DNA of 64,000 bases, from the NCBI GenBank assembly GCA_002898395.1, contig BEHE01000009.1, positions 1 through 64,000 on the forward strand, written 5' to 3'. The stretch is from Candidatus Calditenuaceae archaeon HR02. Lineage in GTDB: Archaea > Thermoproteota > Nitrososphaeria_A > Caldarchaeales > Calditenuaceae. The notes under the pieces are model-generated. The model did not search any database. It had not been told where the DNA came from and saw only the letters and a list, made by a program, of their open reading frames with translations. Position 1 is the stretch's first letter. The number at the start of each line of letters is the position of its first letter. The position numbers were made by a program, and so were the translations under genes. Positions 56,652-64,000 of the stretch are shown here, in pieces.

Positions 56652-57440
56652 CTATTGGAGCCGGATTCTCACCCTGTCACCCGGTTTAAGTCCAAGTAGC
56701 ATGGAGGCGCTCCCCCTACTCGCCGCCAGCTCCAGCTGACCAGTCCCACCGAATGTAACTAGGAGCGAGCCAGGAGGCACATCGCCGTAGGCCTTCACAT
56801 ACCGGGCAGTATAGACCCGCCCTCCATACTCTACAATAAGCTCGTCACCGAGCCCCAACCCTTCAGGCATTCCACTTGAATCGATGTTAAGGATGGCGTT
56901 CCCGAACCTGTCTATGTGTAGAACCTCTGTCTCTACGCTTCCTCCCACGAACCTCGCAGTAGTTAGCTCAAGCTTCACGATTGATTGGGCGTCGATTTTC
57001 CTGAGAGCAGGCTGTAGGCCGGAGGCCAGCTCGCCGGCAACAGGACCGAACACGTCGCGCGCATGAAACGTATGACCACCAATCCTAGGATATTTTTCTA
57101 GCATGATCTCGAAGCACTCCTCAAGCCCATCGCTCATCGCAGCGGGGTAGAGGAGACCATTGTCAGGCCCTACGAACCAGTAGTTATGCGTCTTTAGAAC
57201 TAGCCCGCGCCTCTCCGTACCTACGCCAGGGTCAACGACGGCGACATGTATTGTCCCAGGCGGGAAGAACTTGTAGGAGAGGAGAAGTAGGAATGCACCC
57301 TGCCTGACGTTGAAGGGCTCCACCTGGTGGGTTATATCCACTATCTTAACATCACCGCACCTAGATAGGATTACACCCTTAACCTCAGCCACATAGATAT
57401 CTGAGACGCCAAAATCTGTCAGAAGGGTCACTATCCTCAC
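56652..57440 (-). CDS. SAM hydroxide adenosyltransferase / chlorinase-fluorinase family (DUF62)
   Basis: TLLTDFG, VVDPGVGT, GPDNG, TFHARDVF, HIDRFGN. Confidence 0.93.
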   Translation of the reverse strand: MRIVTLLTDFGVSDIYVAEVKGVILSRCGDVKIVDITHQVEPFNVRQGAFLLLLSYKFFPPGTIHVAVVDPGVGTERRGLVLKTHNYWFVGPDNGLLYPAAMSDGLEECFEIMLEKYPRIGGHTFHARDVFGPVAGELASGLQPALRKIDAQSIVKLELTTARFVGGSVETEVLHIDRFGNAILNIDSSGMPEGLGLGDELIVEYGGRVYTARYVKAYGDVPPGSLLVTFGGTGQLELAASRGSASMLLGLKPGDRVRIRLQ

Positions 57441-57473
57441 ACTCTAACCTCTCCACCTCCAACTAGATTAAGT

Positions 57474-57917
57474 TCAGGGAGAGACCTCTATTATCCCACC
57501 CTTGTGGGGGTGGAGCATGCAGTAGTACGTATAGGTACCCGAGACCCTAAAGGTGTAGCGATAGCTGTCGCCGGGGTTGACGGGGCCCGAGTCGAACTTG
57601 CTTGCACCGCTAGGTACCATGCTTGCAGTGAAGGTATGAGGGACCTCGTCTTCGTTGACGTAGACCACCGTGTCGCCGACACTTATTGAGAGTCTGGCAG
57701 GGTTGTAATACTTGTCGTCGATGACTGGAGGATCTCCCACTTTCCATCCTTCAGGTGGAAGATAGGAGCCCTTCATGCTCCTGATGGTATATGTCTTTCC
57801 GGAGGTCTGTCCTGCAACTACGGTAGCTCCGATAAGCTGCCCCCACAACAGCATAACAGCAACCGCGACAACCGCTATAGCAACGACAAAAGCCACGGCG
57901 ACGTAAACTGGCCTCAA
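57474..57917 (-). CDS. Membrane-anchored cupredoxin (plastocyanin/amicyanin-like)
   Basis: N-terminal TM helix, GDTV..N.D..PHT, FDSG, GTYTYYCMLHP. Confidence 0.88.
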   Translation of the reverse strand: MRPVYVAVAFVVAIAVVAVAVMLLWGQLIGATVVAGQTSGKTYTIRSMKGSYLPPEGWKVGDPPVIDDKYYNPARLSISVGDTVVYVNEDEVPHTFTASMVPSGASKFDSGPVNPGDSYRYTFRVSGTYTYYCMLHPHKGGIIEVSP

Positions 57918-58151
57918 AGATGATCTGCCCGCGAGGAGCCAGGCCGAACGTCGATATTTAAAAATTTCTTGGCTTTTAACGGTTTTGGCTTCGTTAGAGA
58001 GGTGGCGGTACTAGATTCCCGCAGTATATACTGTATATTGTTTTAGGTCGCGAATATGCACAAGGTATATTAAGCGGTAAAAGGTTATATCTGATGAGGT
58101 GAAGGGGTTTAAAGCTTTTCACCGGAAACAATCCTCAGGAGGGAGGTGTGT

Positions 58152-59087
58152 ATGGCACTTCCTAATAGGCGTGTAGAAGGATATATCTGCCCAGAGTGCG
58201 GCAGCGATAATATAATTACCGATTCTAGGACAGGTGAGATAAGCTGCGGCGACTGTGGATACGTCCTCCTAGCTAAGGATGTTGACAGAGGGCCTGAGTG
58301 GAGGAGTCTCGATGATGATCAGCAGAGCAGGGCTAGAACTGGAGCACCACTCTCTATAATGTATAGAGACCACGGCCTCTCGACTGTGATTAACAGGATC
58401 GGCGAGGACGCGGGTGGGAGGCGTCTCCCCAAAGAGATGAGGGAGAAGATGCTCAGGCTGAAGAAGCTCGACCAGACATCCCAAGTAAATGCCTCTGAAA
58501 ACAGGAACCTCCAGCAGGCGGCAAACGTCCTCGAGATCTATGTCGACAAGCTTCACATACCTCAGTCAGTAGCGGAAATGGCCATGTCGATCTACAGGAA
58601 AGCCTTGAAGGCGGGACTGGTCAGGGGCAGATCCATCAGGAGCATAGTAGCGGCCGCGACATACGCTGCCTGCAGGATGAGTGGGATGCCGAGGGACCTG
58701 AGAGAGTTTGAGCGCGTCTATCCACTGGTTAAGAGGAAAACTATTGCACAGGGCTATAGACTCCTAGTCAAGAACCTGAACATCAAGATACCTGTAGTGG
58801 AGCCTAGCCTATATGTCAGGAAGATCGCCTCCTCTAGGGTTGGGCTGGACGAGCGGACAGTACAGGAGGCTCTTAACCTTCTAAACAAGGCCGCATCTAG
58901 GGGAGCAACGGTGGGTAAGGACCCAGTGGGCATAGCCGCAGCCGCTCTCTACATGGCATGCCAAGAGATGATGCAGAACATAACTCAGAAGGACATAGCC
59001 CGCGCCGCCGGCGTAACGGAAGTAACGGTCAGGAACAGGTTCAAGGGCCTAAAGGAGGCGCTAGAAAGCACAGCACAGGCGGTATAG
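58152..59087 (+). CDS. tfb: Transcription initiation factor IIB
   Basis: CPECG...CGDCG zinc ribbon, GPEWR, GRS, YAACR, VTEVTVRNR. Confidence 0.97.
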   Translation: MALPNRRVEGYICPECGSDNIITDSRTGEISCGDCGYVLLAKDVDRGPEWRSLDDDQQSRARTGAPLSIMYRDHGLSTVINRIGEDAGGRRLPKEMREKMLRLKKLDQTSQVNASENRNLQQAANVLEIYVDKLHIPQSVAEMAMSIYRKALKAGLVRGRSIRSIVAAATYAACRMSGMPRDLREFERVYPLVKRKTIAQGYRLLVKNLNIKIPVVEPSLYVRKIASSRVGLDERTVQEALNLLNKAASRGATVGKDPVGIAAAALYMACQEMMQNITQKDIARAAGVTEVTVRNRFKGLKEALESTAQAV

Positions 59088-59191
59088 CTTTCACCTAAGC
59101 TATAAGCCAGGAAAAGACATCCTCTTCCCCACGATTTTTAAATAGAGAAGTAAAGGATAAAAGTTATTGGATAGTAGAAAAGATTAGAGGG

Positions 59192-59500
59192 ATGCCTATC
59201 GAAGGAATTGAGTGGGTGATGGTTTTAGGCGTAGTCCTCATTATGATTTTTTGGAGTCCGGAGAAGATTCCGGAAATTGCGAGGGCCATCGGTAGATTCG
59301 TGAATGAAATCCAGAAAGCGCAGATGGAGGCGGATAGATATGTTAAGGAGCTTATCAAACCCGGTGTGGAGGCGGTTGATATGGCTGATAGGCAGCTCAT
59401 TGAGGCAGCAGGGAAGCTAGATATTGTCACCGAAGGGCTTAAGAAAGAGGAGATAATATCCCTGATAAATAAAAGGCTCGAGGGCGCGGCGTCAAACTAG
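59192..59500 (+). CDS. Twin-arginine translocase TatA/TatB
   Basis: GIEW, TM helix, PEKIPEIARAIGR. Confidence 0.88.
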   Translation: MPIEGIEWVMVLGVVLIMIFWSPEKIPEIARAIGRFVNEIQKAQMEADRYVKELIKPGVEAVDMADRQLIEAAGKLDIVTEGLKKEEIISLINKRLEGAASN

Positions 59501-59805
59501 ATTATCTCGAGGTTCTCAGACGGTATTCCGAGCTCTACTAGAATCTTTGGCACTTTTTCGCGCTGGTCGCCCTGCAACATTATTACTCCATTCTTCACCG
59601 CTCCTCCACAGGCGCACTTCGCCTTAAGGATAGATGCGACTTCTTCCATATCTATACTGCTTGAATCGAGGCCCTCGATAATCGTCATAGTCTTGTTCCA
59701 CTTCTTTGTCTCGAGTTTTATCTTGACACGCTGTTGCTCATAGTCGATAGTTTTGCACACACAGAGATTCTTGGGGAGCCCGCAGGTGGGGCATATCTCC
59801 GCCAT
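59497..59805 (-). CDS. Translation initiation factor aIF1 (SUI1)
   Basis: CPTCGLP..LCVC, TIIEG, LKAKCACGG, LQGD. Confidence 0.93.
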   Translation of the reverse strand: MAEICPTCGLPKNLCVCKTIDYEQQRVKIKLETKKWNKTMTIIEGLDSSSIDMEEVASILKAKCACGGAVKNGVIMLQGDQREKVPKILVELGIPSENLEII

Positions 59806-59867
59806 TATTTCTCTCCTAGACCCTCCGCAAAATTTAGGACCTGGGGGGATATAAATGTTAAGCGGAC

Positions 59868-60563
59868 TTAGCCCGACTCGTAGCTCTTTTTCTTCTGCTC
59901 AAACATCTCCCTGTCTGAGACAGGCCTTGCCGGCGAGCCCATGACCAGTTGGTTGGGCTCAACATCCCTCACAACTATTGAGCCGGCCGCGACAACAGCT
60001 CTTGAACCAATTGTCACCCCAGCCAATATGAGGGCGCCCGCACCTATCACGGCTTCGTCTCCTATTGTCACACCTGTCAGTTTTCTGCTTGGTGGATAGC
60101 GATCATTAGTAACGCAGACGAGAGGGCCTATGAAGACCTTTCTACCAATCTTTGTGAGATGAGGAAGGTAGGCCATTGATTGGATGTTGGTGCCATCTCC
60201 GATTACTACTTCGCCATCCAGCTGGCACCCACTCCCTATCTTCACAGCGCGCCCAACCCTCGACCCCTTTCTAATCAAGACATTGTGCCCCAGCTCCACA
60301 TTGTCCATCAATTCCACCTCCTCATATATCACGGAGCCAGATCGTATCAAGCAACCCACACCAATTCTAGCACCAGAACTCAGCGTGTCAAGCTGGTTGA
60401 TCGATGAGGGCTGTCCCTGCAGCAGCTTCTCCCTTGAGGGGTACCCGACTACTGTGTTGAAGTCAATGTAAGACTCTTCGCCAATCTCAGTGCTTCCGAG
60501 AATGATTGAGCCGTGAGATATGTGGCCCCTACACCGGGCCCGGGGACTAACGTATCCCAACAA
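59868..60563 (-). CDS. Hexapeptide-repeat acyltransferase
   Basis: Left-handed beta-helix repeats, TNDRYP, GSPAR. Confidence 0.9.
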   Translation of the reverse strand: MLGYVSPRARCRGHISHGSIILGSTEIGEESYIDFNTVVGYPSREKLLQGQPSSINQLDTLSSGARIGVGCLIRSGSVIYEEVELMDNVELGHNVLIRKGSRVGRAVKIGSGCQLDGEVVIGDGTNIQSMAYLPHLTKIGRKVFIGPLVCVTNDRYPPSRKLTGVTIGDEAVIGAGALILAGVTIGSRAVVAAGSIVVRDVEPNQLVMGSPARPVSDREMFEQKKKSYESG

Positions 60564-60602
60564 TTCATAATAGGTGGTTTAGGGTGTTCTATATAATTTG
60601 GG

Positions 60603-60878
60603 TTGGGGTCGGCCGTGAACTGGAATGACTTCAAAACACGACTGAGGTCGCTCCAGTCGAGGAGCCTTCTGGCTGAGGACTTACTCGATATTTTATTGAC
60701 TACTTATAACTATTCGGTAGTCTCTCCCGAGAAGGGAGAGGAGATTGTTAAGCTGTTTATCACCCGGGAACTTGATTCCCCTGAAGCAGTCTACATGCTA
60801 GTTGATTTAAGCATAAGAGCTGAGCCTGAGAAGACTTTAAAGGTGCTTAAGAACCACGGACTCGTCCATGGGATATGA
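60603..60878 (+). CDS. Hypothetical protein
   Basis: 91 aa helical ORF coupled (ATGA) to the next gene. Confidence 0.6.
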   Translation: MGSAVNWNDFKTRLRSLQSRSLLAEDLLDILLTTYNYSVVSPEKGEEIVKLFITRELDSPEAVYMLVDLSIRAEPEKTLKVLKNHGLVHGI

Positions 60879-61861
60879 AGTATTCTATCGAGATACCACC
60901 TAAGGACCCTATCTGGCGCCTCCAGATATACGCCCACCTCGCAGACACTCTCTCTTTCCACACAATATGGCTCAGCGACCACTACTATAATCGGAACATA
61001 GCCATAGTCGCAACGGCAATGTGCATGGTGACTAAGAGGGTGGGAATCGGCTTAGGCATCATGAACCCCTACATTTATCACCCTGTATCGATGGCACAAA
61101 TGGCCGCCTCGCTATCCGAGGTGGCTCCCGGCAGGGTCTCGATAGGCATTGGGGCGGGTGATAGAAACATTCTCGAAAGTCTGGGGATTATACAGGAGAG
61201 GCCCGTGGATAGAGTACGGTGGGCTGTGAAGACGATTAGAGAGCTTTTCAGCGATAGCAGACGCAGCGGGGCCCTGGGCCTAGACTTCAAGGCCTGGGGA
61301 TCGCCACAGATTTATATCGCAGCTCAAGGACCAAAGATGCTTCAGCTAGCAGCTGAGATGGGAGATGGAGTCCTAGTCAACACTTCCTGGCTCCCAAACC
61401 CTGAAAAGCCTCTAAGCCTCGTCAAGAAGACCCTAGACGAGGTGGGGCGTCGCCGAGCAGAGTTCTCAATAGAGCTTGAGACTCTAGTCTCAGTCCACGA
61501 AGACTCTGAGAAGGCCAGCAAGACTGTGAAACCATACGTGGGCGTGGTCATGCAGGGCCTGTCGCCCGAGATGGTAGAGGAGCTGCGGATAAGCGAGGAG
61601 ACTCTTAGAAAGATAAGATCTATGGTACAGGCTAGGATGTGGCTTGAGATGCATAGAGTGATTCCTGACGAGGCTGTGGAGTTATTCTCGATCGCTGGTA
61701 CCCCTAGCTATGTGCGGTCTAGGCTGGAAGAGATCTCGTCAATAGATTTGGATGGCTTAGTTCTTGGCGGGCCCCTCGGCCCCACTCCACGAAAAGCAAT
61801 GATAATGCTAGATGAGATTATTAAAGGGTTTAGTGGATCACCATCCGCGCGAGCAGCCTAA
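60875..61861 (+). CDS. LLM-class F420-dependent reductase (Mer-like)
   Basis: SDHYYNRN, NPY.YHP, GIGAGD, AAQGPKML, GGPLGP. Confidence 0.88.
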   Translation: MKYSIEIPPKDPIWRLQIYAHLADTLSFHTIWLSDHYYNRNIAIVATAMCMVTKRVGIGLGIMNPYIYHPVSMAQMAASLSEVAPGRVSIGIGAGDRNILESLGIIQERPVDRVRWAVKTIRELFSDSRRSGALGLDFKAWGSPQIYIAAQGPKMLQLAAEMGDGVLVNTSWLPNPEKPLSLVKKTLDEVGRRRAEFSIELETLVSVHEDSEKASKTVKPYVGVVMQGLSPEMVEELRISEETLRKIRSMVQARMWLEMHRVIPDEAVELFSIAGTPSYVRSRLEEISSIDLDGLVLGGPLGPTPRKAMIMLDEIIKGFSGSPSARAA

Positions 61862-62255
61862 TACTCGTCTTAAAAACTCTCAATTCCTCTTCGCTGAGTA
61901 TATTCTGGCCGAAGCGGACGGCTTCATATAGCTCCACCAACTCCAACGCCTCCCTCCTATCAATGGCCTGGAAAATCTCCCTGACCGTGGAGGATGGCTT
62001 AATCTCCAACAATTTACGCTCGACTAATAGTTGAATAAAAATGTTGATACAGTTTTTAAGATACTCCTTTTGCCTCTCGCTCGTCACCTCCATGCTAAGA
62101 GCCCTTTCAAGCCTCCAGAAAGGGCCTTCAACAAACTCTTCCACACTAGACTTTGAGGCGGCGCTCAGGCTTTTCCTCAACTTCAATATTCCAAACGCTA
62201 CAAGAATATTGAGCACCAACCAGAAAACGGGGCTGTAGATTATGTCGAGCTCCAT
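61830..62255 (-). CDS. Membrane-anchored DUF4129-like protein
   Basis: N-terminal TM helix; STVRE...LVELYEAVRFG. Confidence 0.65.
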   Translation of the reverse strand: MELDIIYSPVFWLVLNILVAFGILKLRKSLSAASKSSVEEFVEGPFWRLERALSMEVTSERQKEYLKNCINIFIQLLVERKLLEIKPSSTVREIFQAIDRREALELVELYEAVRFGQNILSEEELRVFKTSIRLLARMVIH

Positions 62256-63016
62256 TCTATATCTCCTTCAACTATTGTCGCGTTTGTGATCTGGATTGGG
62301 ATAAAGGTCTCGTCACTAACCACGGATAAAATGCTCCACGGAACTATTGTGTTTGTGCTTGAGAGGACTGGTACCACTACATCGTACAAGACGTAGACAG
62401 CCGATGGTTGTAGGCTGATATAGTAGGGGCGGGGCGTTATATGCCATGCCACAGCCTCATGCGTCGGGTAGACGAGCTTTCTACCCATTTGATCTATAGT
62501 AGTTATGATTGGGGTTGAAGCGTATATAATCTTGTCCGATGGCGGCATATACTGCATTTCAACACTGCTAGAGTCTGTGGTGTAGTTTACCATCAATATT
62601 AGAGAGTCGGGAATAAGCTTCTCTTCCCTGAACGAGACTAGGATCAATAGCGGCTTTTCAACCTTCACGATTGTTCTGAACGGGTAGAGTATTCCGTCAC
62701 GCCATGAGACTATGAGGCTATAGTTCCCTGGAGGTAGGCTGAAAATCGCCTCACCCTTAGCGTCTAGGTCTGCTATATTCCCACCTAACACGACGAAAAC
62801 CAGTCCAGTAATTGGCGGCCTAGGGGTCTCATTTCCTATCTGGTGTGTTACTCTGACCTTCACTGTGATCCCGCTTTCAACTGGAGAGGCTATGTTGGAG
62901 ACGTATGCGATGGCGCTTGATGACGAGAGTGATAGCGGTGGCGAATTAAAAAGGATGAATAATAGAGCTAGAATTACTGCAAGCGACATGACCAGTAATT
63001 CATGGCGCCTAAGCAA
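62240..63016 (-). CDS. Hypothetical secreted or membrane-anchored beta-rich protein
   Basis: Signal/TM helix, LPPGNY beta-sandwich-like segment. Confidence 0.65.
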   Translation of the reverse strand: MLRRHELLVMSLAVILALLFILFNSPPLSLSSSSAIAYVSNIASPVESGITVKVRVTHQIGNETPRPPITGLVFVVLGGNIADLDAKGEAIFSLPPGNYSLIVSWRDGILYPFRTIVKVEKPLLILVSFREEKLIPDSLILMVNYTTDSSSVEMQYMPPSDKIIYASTPIITTIDQMGRKLVYPTHEAVAWHITPRPYYISLQPSAVYVLYDVVVPVLSSTNTIVPWSILSVVSDETFIPIQITNATIVEGDIEWSST

Positions 63017-63167
63017 GATCCATAATCAATATTCAGAGCGCGGGATATAAGCTATTTTTGAAAACCCGCCCTGAGCCCCTTGGAACGGTGTCGGACGCAT
63101 ATATCAGGCTTGACACCGCATGTAAAAGGTTTAAAAACTTAGCGTTGATTCACGGTGTCTCCGATCT

Positions 63168-64000
63168 TTATGAGAATCTCGCAGGTGAGAAATGTTGTAG
63201 CAGTGGGTTTTCACGCCCTGTTATAACGTCCTCGACGAGCATAGCAGTTGCCGGGCTTAGCGTGAGGCCGAGTCTGCAGAGACCCGTAGCCACCAGAACG
63301 CGGCCCTTACCGCCAATCCTACCGACCAGCGGCAGGCCATCGGGTATGCAAGGCCTTGAGCCTACCCACTCATCAACTATTCGCACCTCATCCTCAAGCT
63401 TGATGGCCCTCTTCGCTTTTCTCACCATCTGGATTATCTTGGATCGGTCTAGAGGTGCATCTGGGTTGTTAAGCTCGAAATAGCTTGTGAACCGTAGATT
63501 ACCATCTGCTGTCTGCCCAATAACTATCTTCTCATCAGCGTAGAAGAGTGGTCTGGACAGCCTCTTTTTAACCGGCTCTGAGACTGCGAGATATCCCCGC
63601 CCAGCGATAAGGGGTATCTCGACACCAAGACTCTTAAGTAGGTTTCTGGTCCAAGCTCCTGCAGCCAATACTACGTGTCCAGCCCTCAGCCCTCCACTAT
63701 CCGCCTCGACCTTCACACCATCTCCATCCTCTCTGACACCTCTGACTCTTTCCCAGACTATCTGTACACCGAGCCGCTGGAGGGCTGAGATGAGGGAGTT
63801 CAGTGTCTTAGAGGGATTTACCCATGCGTCGTCGACATAGTATAGCCCACCTGCGACGCCCTCCCTCAGGAGGGGCTCCAACTCCCTGCACTTCTCCCCT
63901 TCAAGGATCTGGACCCTGTATCCCAGCTTAGCCGACTCCTCTGAGACGACGCGGGACTCGAGGCTGAAGAGCTCTTCAGAGAAATAGGCCTCAATAGACC
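63168..64000 (-). CDS. FAD-dependent oxidoreductase (DadA/glycine oxidase family), 5' end outside the window
   Basis: VVLAAGAW, RGY, WVGSRPCIPDGLPLVG, G...LGLTLSPATA; the frame appears to continue past the window edge. Confidence 0.88.
   Translation of the reverse strand, partial: SIEAYFSEELFSLESRVVSEESAKLGYRVQILEGEKCRELEPLLREGVAGGLYYVDDAWVNPSKTLNSLISALQRLGVQIVWERVRGVREDGDGVKVEADSGGLRAGHVVLAAGAWTRNLLKSLGVEIPLIAGRGYLAVSEPVKKRLSRPLFYADEKIVIGQTADGNLRFTSYFELNNPDAPLDRSKIIQMVRKAKRAIKLEDEVRIVDEWVGSRPCIPDGLPLVGRIGGKGRVLVATGLCRLGLTLSPATAMLVEDVITGRENPLLQHFSPARFS

Noticed and set aside
60875-61861. Mer-like gene as evidence of methanogenesis
   Set aside because: Mer-like LLM paralogues are widespread in non-methanogens and no other C1-pathway genes are present here.

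Overview
Archaeal chromosomal DNA, most likely from a thermophilic TACK lineage such as Aigarchaeota or basal Nitrososphaerota. This is inferred from class I LysRS, Alba, rpS25e, TFB, aIF1, FBP aldolase/phosphatase, DnaK/DnaJ and F420-type LLM enzymes. The window is gene-dense housekeeping DNA with broken operons: nuoA-nuoH lie apart from nuoI, rps8-rpl6 stand alone, and dnaK is separated from dnaJ with no grpE. It has one tRNA-Val(CAC). A ~10 kb DNA-processing cluster (27.5-37.6 kb) contains a SWIM-Hef helicase, an Hjc-like nuclease, nurA-herA-mre11-rad50 with a hookless Rad50, and an amber-interrupted DUF559 nuclease. The most striking unannotated signal is non-coding. Two diverged copies (23.2-23.5 kb and 47.3-47.6 kb) of a rod-shaped structured RNA show compensatory base changes, an invariant apical hairpin, and a symmetric internal loop whose two 18-20 nt strands differ between copies inside fixed ATG...AACR borders. 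One copy overlaps the 3' end of a decayed ORF that looks like an IS110/Nop-type domain, and a separate duplicated promoter-plus-N-terminus fragment lies nearby. Together these suggest remnants of a compact archaeal RNA-guided element of the bridge/seek/TIGR-RNA type. All product calls come from motif reading by eye; no searches were run.
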